Source of the DNA: Candidatus Omnitrophota bacterium
GTDB taxonomy: Bacteria; Omnitrophota; Gorgyraeia; Zapsychrales; Fredricksoniimonadaceae
Assembly (NCBI GenBank): GCA_903901225.1
Contig: CAIUQE010000049.1
Location: 5,003-69,002, forward strand
Direction of reading: 5' to 3'
DNA: 64,000 nucleotides
Under the pieces are notes generated by a model that saw only the letters and a program-made list of their open reading frames with translations, had not been told where the DNA came from and ran no database searches. Each line of letters begins with the position of its first letter. Within the stretch, counting starts at the first letter, position 1. Below, in pieces: positions 58,423 through 64,000 of the stretch. The translations under genes were made by a program, and so were the position numbers.

Positions 58423-59741
58423 ATGTTTTTATCAAAGTCATTAAAAAATTGCGTACAAATTCTTTTTATCTTTTTTGTTGGAGTTATTGCCGCTCTATTT
58501 TTATTAGAGATTGGTTTACGATTATGGAGTTTTACATATCAAAAGAGTCGGCGAGTTCCTGTGCATCAGGGTGTAGACATGCACATTGAAAAGCCGTATA
58601 TAATACTTTGTTTGGGAAATTCTTATACTGTTGGCGTTGGGGCACCTTTGAACAAAAGTTATCCTTCTCAGTTGCAACAGTTATTGAATAACCGGATAAA
58701 GGGTAGAGGCATTCTTGTTATAAATAAGGGGGTTGTTGCACAAAATACTGCAGAACTATTGATCGACTTGAAGTTGATTATTCTTGAATATCATCCAGAT
58801 CTTGTAATTCTTCAATCTGGCCAAGCTAATCAGTTTAATAATTTAAAATATACAAATTATTTGAGGAGAAAAGAAAAAAGCCTATCTTTTTGGAATGCGA
58901 TCAATTATTTTTGTTTGGAATTTTTCCATGAAAGTCGTGTTTATAAATTAATTAGAATTTTTAATTATGACAAAAAATTGCGCGTAGCGTCTGTTGGTTC
59001 TTCATATCAACAAAATGAGAAATATTTAAATGCAGTGGCATTTATTGATACTTTATTAGATCGGGTCGCGTTTTCATATACGGATCAACTGAAGATTCAA
59101 GAAGCGCATAAAATATTTAAAGATGGGATTTTAAAAGAACCTGGAAACCCGCAGAATTATGCTGAAATTGCTTTTATTTATGGGATTCAAGGGGACTATG
59201 GCAAATCTTTTTACTGGCATAATATGGCACTTAATGTTGCGCGAGCGTCTCATTCAAGGGATTGGATAATTGGAGAATCACGGTGGATCCGAAATATTAA
59301 AAAATGCTCACGTTTATATGTTTTCAATCCAATTTTTAAACATTTAGACAATTCTATTTGTAACTATATTTTTAGCGATCTTAAAAGGCCGGATAAAGAT
59401 TTCTTGCTTGTTCCTTTAGAAGATATCGAAATTATTCAATGGATTGAATTTGATCTTAAGGAAATTATTGGAATTCTTGAAGATAGACATATTAAATTGA
59501 TTATTCAGGATTATCCTGTATTTGATAATGTAAATGTTGTTTTATCAAATATCGCTAATGAATTTCACTTGCCATTTGTAAATAATTATAAAATTTTTCA
59601 AGCAAAATTGCAGAAGGTGTGCCTGTAAATAATTTATTTGTTCATGATAAACATTGCAATGCTGAGGGTTATGGCCTTATGGCTAGAAATGTACTTGATA
59701 AGATTGCAGCTGAAGGGTTCCTTAAAAGTCATATTAATTGA
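58423..59741 (+). pseudogene. SGNH/TPR protein, frameshifted near 3' end
   Basis: ORF stops at 59628, but the paralogous C-terminus NNLFVHDKHCNAEGYGLMARN continues in another frame to TGA 59741; one A missing at 59604-59607. Confidence 0.75.
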
Positions 59742-59859
59742 TTTTTTTGTTATCGCAAAAATATTTTTTCAGAGTGGGTTCTTTTTATTGATTATATAAA
59801 ATTTTTTTTGCATCTACTGGATATTGCATGAGAAATTATATAATTGCTGGTAACACGCG

Positions 59860-61146
59860 ATGAATATGGTAAGAAGAATTTTTGTATTTTTTGCTGGAGT
59901 TTTTTTAGCTCTTTTCTTGTTGGAGGTCGGGCTAAGATTGACGGGGTTTATTGTTCAGCACAAGGCAAATATTTGCAACATGCGTGTAGGTAAGAACATC
60001 AGCAATCCGTATGTTGTATTGTGTTTGGGAAATTCGTATACCAAGGGAACTGGAGCGCCGCCGGAGATGAGTTATCCGGCGCAACTGCAGCGCATGTTCA
60101 TTGAGAAATTTAGGCTTTCAAACATTCTTGTAATTAATAATGGGATTGGGGGGCAAAATTCAACAGAATTATTAAGAGAGTTACCGGAGAATATAAGAAA
60201 ATTTAATCCCAAGCTTATTGTTCTTCAGACGGGTCAGGTTAATAAATGGGATCATTCGGGCTTTACTGATTATTTAAAAAGAAAAAATAAACAACAATCA
60301 TTTGCAAGGTTGATTGCTTATCGTTTATCCGAATATATTTATCAATGCCGTGTTTATAAACTTTTTATTTTATTTTGTAGCCAGATAACTACTAAGTTCA
60401 ATCATCCTGCGGCATCTTTAAGCTATCGATCGGGAAAGGAGTATATTAAAGCTAAGGAATTCGCAGATCATGCATTAGCCAATTTATTATTGAAAAATTC
60501 TATAAAGATGGATCAATTAGAAGCTCAGAAAGCGCTTGATATATTTACTAATGCGATGAAGGTTGATCCAGCGTTTTCTGATAATTACATATCGGCGGGC
60601 ATTATTTATAGATTGCAATCTAATTATGCAGAAGCATTGGAGTGTTTCTTTAAAGGCGTAAGTATTGGATTGCCAAATGATCATTATAAAATTTACGGGT
60701 ATCAACAGATCCGGGATATTAGAATGATTTTTAAGGGGAAAAACAATTCTGAGATAAATAAGAAAATAGAAATTTTCATTTCAAAATACAATCGGGAGAA
60801 TCTTAATGAGGATTTTAATCTATTTTTTTTAAGTGATAGTGATGTTTCTGAATGGGTAGAATCAGATATCCGAGAAATTGTCAAAATTATTAGACGGGAT
60901 AGAATTGGATTAATTTTGCATGATTACCCTTTGTGGGATATAGAGAACGCGACTTTGTTGGCTATTGCAGATGAGTTAAGAGTGCCTTTTGTTAGTAATT
61001 TCAAGGTATTTCAAGAGAAAATCTCTCTGGGGATGGCAGAAGAGAGTTTGTTTGTATTGGATGGACATTGCAATGGAAGAGGGTATGGATTAATGGCGGC
61101 GAATGTATTTAATGAAATTGTCAGAGAATACTACTATGAGAAATAA
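59860..61146 (+). CDS. SGNH hydrolase-like protein with inserted TPR segment
   Basis: CLGNSYT, NNGIGG, QTGQVN, LDGHC; paralog of 50864 and 58423. Confidence 0.75.
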   Translation: MNMVRRIFVFFAGVFLALFLLEVGLRLTGFIVQHKANICNMRVGKNISNPYVVLCLGNSYTKGTGAPPEMSYPAQLQRMFIEKFRLSNILVINNGIGGQNSTELLRELPENIRKFNPKLIVLQTGQVNKWDHSGFTDYLKRKNKQQSFARLIAYRLSEYIYQCRVYKLFILFCSQITTKFNHPAASLSYRSGKEYIKAKEFADHALANLLLKNSIKMDQLEAQKALDIFTNAMKVDPAFSDNYISAGIIYRLQSNYAEALECFFKGVSIGLPNDHYKIYGYQQIRDIRMIFKGKNNSEINKKIEIFISKYNRENLNEDFNLFFLSDSDVSEWVESDIREIVKIIRRDRIGLILHDYPLWDIENATLLAIADELRVPFVSNFKVFQEKISLGMAEESLFVLDGHCNGRGYGLMAANVFNEIVREYYYEK

Positions 61147-62161
61147 ATTTAAGTTATTTCTAAATTTTTTATATTTATTTGGATTTATATTCAGGATCAT
61201 CCGGTGGAAATCATTGTCCAGGTTCTTTCTGTTCTTTCTCAAACACAGCATATTCAGGCATAAAATACCTGGCTTTGCGATCTTGGCACTCACTTATAAA
61301 TGTCAAAGTCGTTGTGTCCATTGTTCAGCAGGGCTGTTGAAATCCAAAAGAAGTGAACTGGATACTGAGCAATGGAAACGAGTACTTAATGATTTGACAG
61401 CCATGGGGGTTCCTCGGTTGCATCTTAGCGGAGGGGAGCCGTTGCTGAAAGACGGGATTGAAGAGATCGTTAGGTATGCTTCTTCCATGGGGATGGTTGT
61501 TTTTCTTGAGACCAATGGTTATCTTCTGGATGAAAGTACTTTGTGGCGACTCAAGAAGGCAGGGGTCAGCAGTATTGACATAAGCCTGGATAGCGTTGAA
61601 CCTGAGGTTCATGACAGATTGCGGGGTTTGAAAGGTTCGTTTGTTAAGGCGATCGAAGCGCTAAAGTTATGCAGCAAATTGAATATCCCGTGCATGATCT
61701 CTACCTATGTGACGCATGAAAGAATATTGTCGGGTGATATTCAAAAACTTTTTTTATTGGGTAAACAGCTCAACGCATCAGTTATAAGGATATTATTGCC
61801 TCAGCCATCCGGAAGATGGTTGATTGACCCGCCGGCAAAGTTGGACCGTGCTGATAAGATGCGGTTGCGGAGCAGTTTTATTAATTTTCCTGTATTAGAT
61901 CGGACAGATACCCCGATTTGTCCTGTAAAGAGAAGATATGCGATCTTTATCGGCCCTGATGGTGAAATGGGTTTTTGTTCGCATGTGCCGGTTTCTTTTG
62001 GGAGTGTTCTTGACGAAAGTATTGAACATATTCTCGATAGAATGGGGAATAGCCCATTATTCAGTGATAATCTGGGTTGTTATGTTAGCAACTCCGACTT
62101 TAGGTCAAAATATATTCTTCCCGCCCTTGAGTCCGGTAAAGACTTTCCGGTAAGATTTTAG
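61136..62161 (+). CDS. Radical SAM protein with SPASM/Twitch-type C-terminus
   Basis: LTYKCQSRCVHC, SGGEPLL, TNG, ISLDS..HDRLRG, C..IGPDGE..C; paralog of 56920. Confidence 0.88.
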   Translation: MRNKFKLFLNFLYLFGFIFRIIRWKSLSRFFLFFLKHSIFRHKIPGFAILALTYKCQSRCVHCSAGLLKSKRSELDTEQWKRVLNDLTAMGVPRLHLSGGEPLLKDGIEEIVRYASSMGMVVFLETNGYLLDESTLWRLKKAGVSSIDISLDSVEPEVHDRLRGLKGSFVKAIEALKLCSKLNIPCMISTYVTHERILSGDIQKLFLLGKQLNASVIRILLPQPSGRWLIDPPAKLDRADKMRLRSSFINFPVLDRTDTPICPVKRRYAIFIGPDGEMGFCSHVPVSFGSVLDESIEHILDRMGNSPLFSDNLGCYVSNSDFRSKYILPALESGKDFPVRF

Positions 62162-62175
62162 TCAGGCATCATATT

Positions 62176-63714
62176 ATGAGCAGGGTTCTATTTGTCAGTA
62201 ATCCTTATGAAAACCTTGGCATAGAATATATGTCGAGTGTTTTACGCCGCTCCGGGCATCAGGTTGCCCTCGTCATTGACCCTTCCCTTTTTTTAAATCC
62301 GTATCATTCCAATAGGGTGTTAAATAAGCTCTTTTGTTGTACTGATGTTATTTTGAAAAAAGTTGAAGATTTTTCACCGGATATGATCTGTTTTTCTGTT
62401 GTAACGGATACGTATCAGTGGGCGTTAGGTTTGGCTAAATCCATAAAAATCAGGTTCGATATACCTGTTGTTTTTGGAGGGATTCATGCGACCGTGGTCC
62501 CTGAATTGCTCCTTGCTGAAAGTTGCATTGATTATGTTTGTGTAGGCGAGGGGGAACTGGCTGTCCTGGATCTTGCTGACAGGATTTCAAAAAAGGACGA
62601 TTGTCAGAGTATTTCTAATATTTGGACCAGAGGTCTCGAAGGTATTGTTCGGAATCCGCCCAGGCCTGTTATTGATGATCTCGACATCCTTCCATTTCCG
62701 GATAAAGGTATCTATTATTCAGAGAACAACGTTTACAAGGATGAATATTTTATAATGACTGGAAGAGGGTGTCAGTATTCTTGCTCATTCTGTTGTAATC
62801 AAATATTGATCAAACAGTATGGTATGAATTATGTGCGCAGGCGTTCTGTAGACAATGTGATCCAGGAACTTCTCTGGGCGAAGAAAAAGTACCCCTTTAA
62901 GTTTGTGTGGTTTATGGATGACAACTTTTGTTTCAGCATCGACTGGATCAAAGAATTCGGTCGCGCGTATAAAAACCACATTGCTCTCCCCTTTTTTTGT
63001 TACGCACATCCTAATAACATGTCCATGGAAGTGGCGGCATTACTTAAAGATGCAGGTTGCTCAGAAGTTGCCATCGGTGTGGAGAGCCTGAACGCCGACA
63101 CGTGTAAATTTGTTGACAGGGTTTCCGAAAAGAAGATTGTTGCCTGCGCTATCCGTGCGCTGCGTTTTCATGGGATCAGCTCTATAACAGAAAATATCCT
63201 GGGGTTTCCCGGCGAAGGAGAGGAGGATCTGATACGTCTTGTAGAATTTTACAGCGTAGAAAGGCCGGATCTCGTGGTATTTAGCTGGCTGAAGATATTC
63301 CCCGGAACAAGGATATTGAAAGTTCTTAGTGATAATGGAGCCATAAGTTGTGAGCAATTGAAAGATATCTCCGAAGGAAACGATAAGTCTTTGGCTTTAG
63401 GCGGCAATTGTACGGATGGAAAGATATTTCGAACGGCGGCGTGCCTGCTTGTCCTTGTCCCTTTTTTGCCAAGAAAATTTGTTGTATTTTTGGTCAATAC
63501 ACGGCTATTTAAATTGTTGGGTGTGTTAAGCCCTGTCGTATTATTGCGTGTGCTAAGAATATTTAAGAGTTTTTTTATAATCATAGGGAAGACACATGAT
63601 TCCGGCTTGAGGGTGAATTTAAGGATTTATAAATATTATACTTTTAGGATCATAAAAATAAAATGCGTACGAACAATACGTACCTGGTTTGGCATGTTCG
63701 GAGCGGTTAGATGA
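62176..63714 (+). CDS. Cobalamin-dependent radical SAM protein
   Basis: ENLGIEY, GGIHAT, GEGE, GRGCQYSCSFC, DDNF, GVES, GFPGE. Confidence 0.9.
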   Translation: MSRVLFVSNPYENLGIEYMSSVLRRSGHQVALVIDPSLFLNPYHSNRVLNKLFCCTDVILKKVEDFSPDMICFSVVTDTYQWALGLAKSIKIRFDIPVVFGGIHATVVPELLLAESCIDYVCVGEGELAVLDLADRISKKDDCQSISNIWTRGLEGIVRNPPRPVIDDLDILPFPDKGIYYSENNVYKDEYFIMTGRGCQYSCSFCCNQILIKQYGMNYVRRRSVDNVIQELLWAKKKYPFKFVWFMDDNFCFSIDWIKEFGRAYKNHIALPFFCYAHPNNMSMEVAALLKDAGCSEVAIGVESLNADTCKFVDRVSEKKIVACAIRALRFHGISSITENILGFPGEGEEDLIRLVEFYSVERPDLVVFSWLKIFPGTRILKVLSDNGAISCEQLKDISEGNDKSLALGGNCTDGKIFRTAACLLVLVPFLPRKFVVFLVNTRLFKLLGVLSPVVLLRVLRIFKSFFIIIGKTHDSGLRVNLRIYKYYTFRIIKIKCVRTIRTWFGMFGAVR

Positions 63715-63720
63715 TGCCAC

Positions 63721-64000
63721 ATGATTGAAGTAGTCCCTTTGACCGATGTGCAGGATGCATGTTATCCGGATTTGGACAGCAGTCATCTCCCGTACTGTTA
63801 TGAAAAATCCTGGATTAATATGTTTCGACAGGTTTTTCCTTATGAACTGAAAGGTTATGGACTTCGTGTTCATGGCGAGCTTATAGGATCTTTCATTTAT
63901 GTTGTGATGAAGTCACGGTTCTGGGGGAATCGGATCATTTCTTTGCCTTTCAGCGATGAAGGAGGGATCGTGCTTCGCGACTTTGGTAAGTTGACACCTT
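63721..64000 (+). CDS. FemAB-related GNAT acyltransferase (3'-truncated by window)
   Basis: Own translation MIEVVPL..SWINMFRQVF..KSRFWGNRIISLPFSDEGGI; the SLPFxDxGG motif is typical of FemAB-like EPS proteins. Confidence 0.65.
   Translation, partial: MIEVVPLTDVQDACYPDLDSSHLPYCYEKSWINMFRQVFPYELKGYGLRVHGELIGSFIYVVMKSRFWGNRIISLPFSDEGGIVLRDFGKLTP

Noticed and set aside
45524-60830. A8/T8 runs in island genes as phase-variation tracts
   Set aside because: Expected by chance in AT-rich sequence
52189-64000. Calling the island a PEP-CTERM/exosortase EPS locus or a RiPP cluster
   Set aside because: The deacetylase and FemAB-like genes fit, but no exosortase, Wzx/Wzy/Wzc or precursor peptide is visible in the window

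Overview
Bacterial chromosomal window with almost all genes on the + strand. It is probably from Candidatus Omnitrophota/OP3; this is inferred from the paralogous secreted-protein family and is not proven. There are four zones. (1) 1-12.6 kb: GC-rich housekeeping and metal/stress genes (CusA-type RND pump, SplB-like radical SAM, RlmD-like, mntH+USP, serS, response regulator, RsmB/RsmF-like), interrupted by two orphan XRE antitoxin-like genes set between REP-type palindromes. (2) 12.7-30.0 kb: a tandem array of five large paralogous proteins, each built as signal peptide + conserved ~320-aa domain (..LWVNLSPYEKDR..PRKYFSGG) + completely variable cargo + conserved C-terminal GG[IV]D cap. Cargoes include methyltransferase, HD hydrolases, Zn deaminase, HAD phosphatase, and nuclease-like and kinase-like domains. 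This is a candidate undescribed polymorphic effector-delivery system. It has recurrent D-x-[AS]-[MEQ] boundary motifs, mosaic recombination between copies, and in-frame REP palindromes in one loop. (3) 30.1-43.9 kb: core metabolism (thiC, bioB, trxB, menG, an apparently catalytically dead MenF-like protein, HD-GYP regulator, gltA, pepA, fumC, PilZ). (4) 44-64 kb: an AT-rich surface-glycan/lipid modification island (GT2, GT-C, SGNH/TPR, deacetylase, three B12-radical SAM and two SPASM/Twitch-type radical SAM enzymes), with decay and a poly-G tract. No rRNA, tRNA, CRISPR array, integrase or transposase was recognised.
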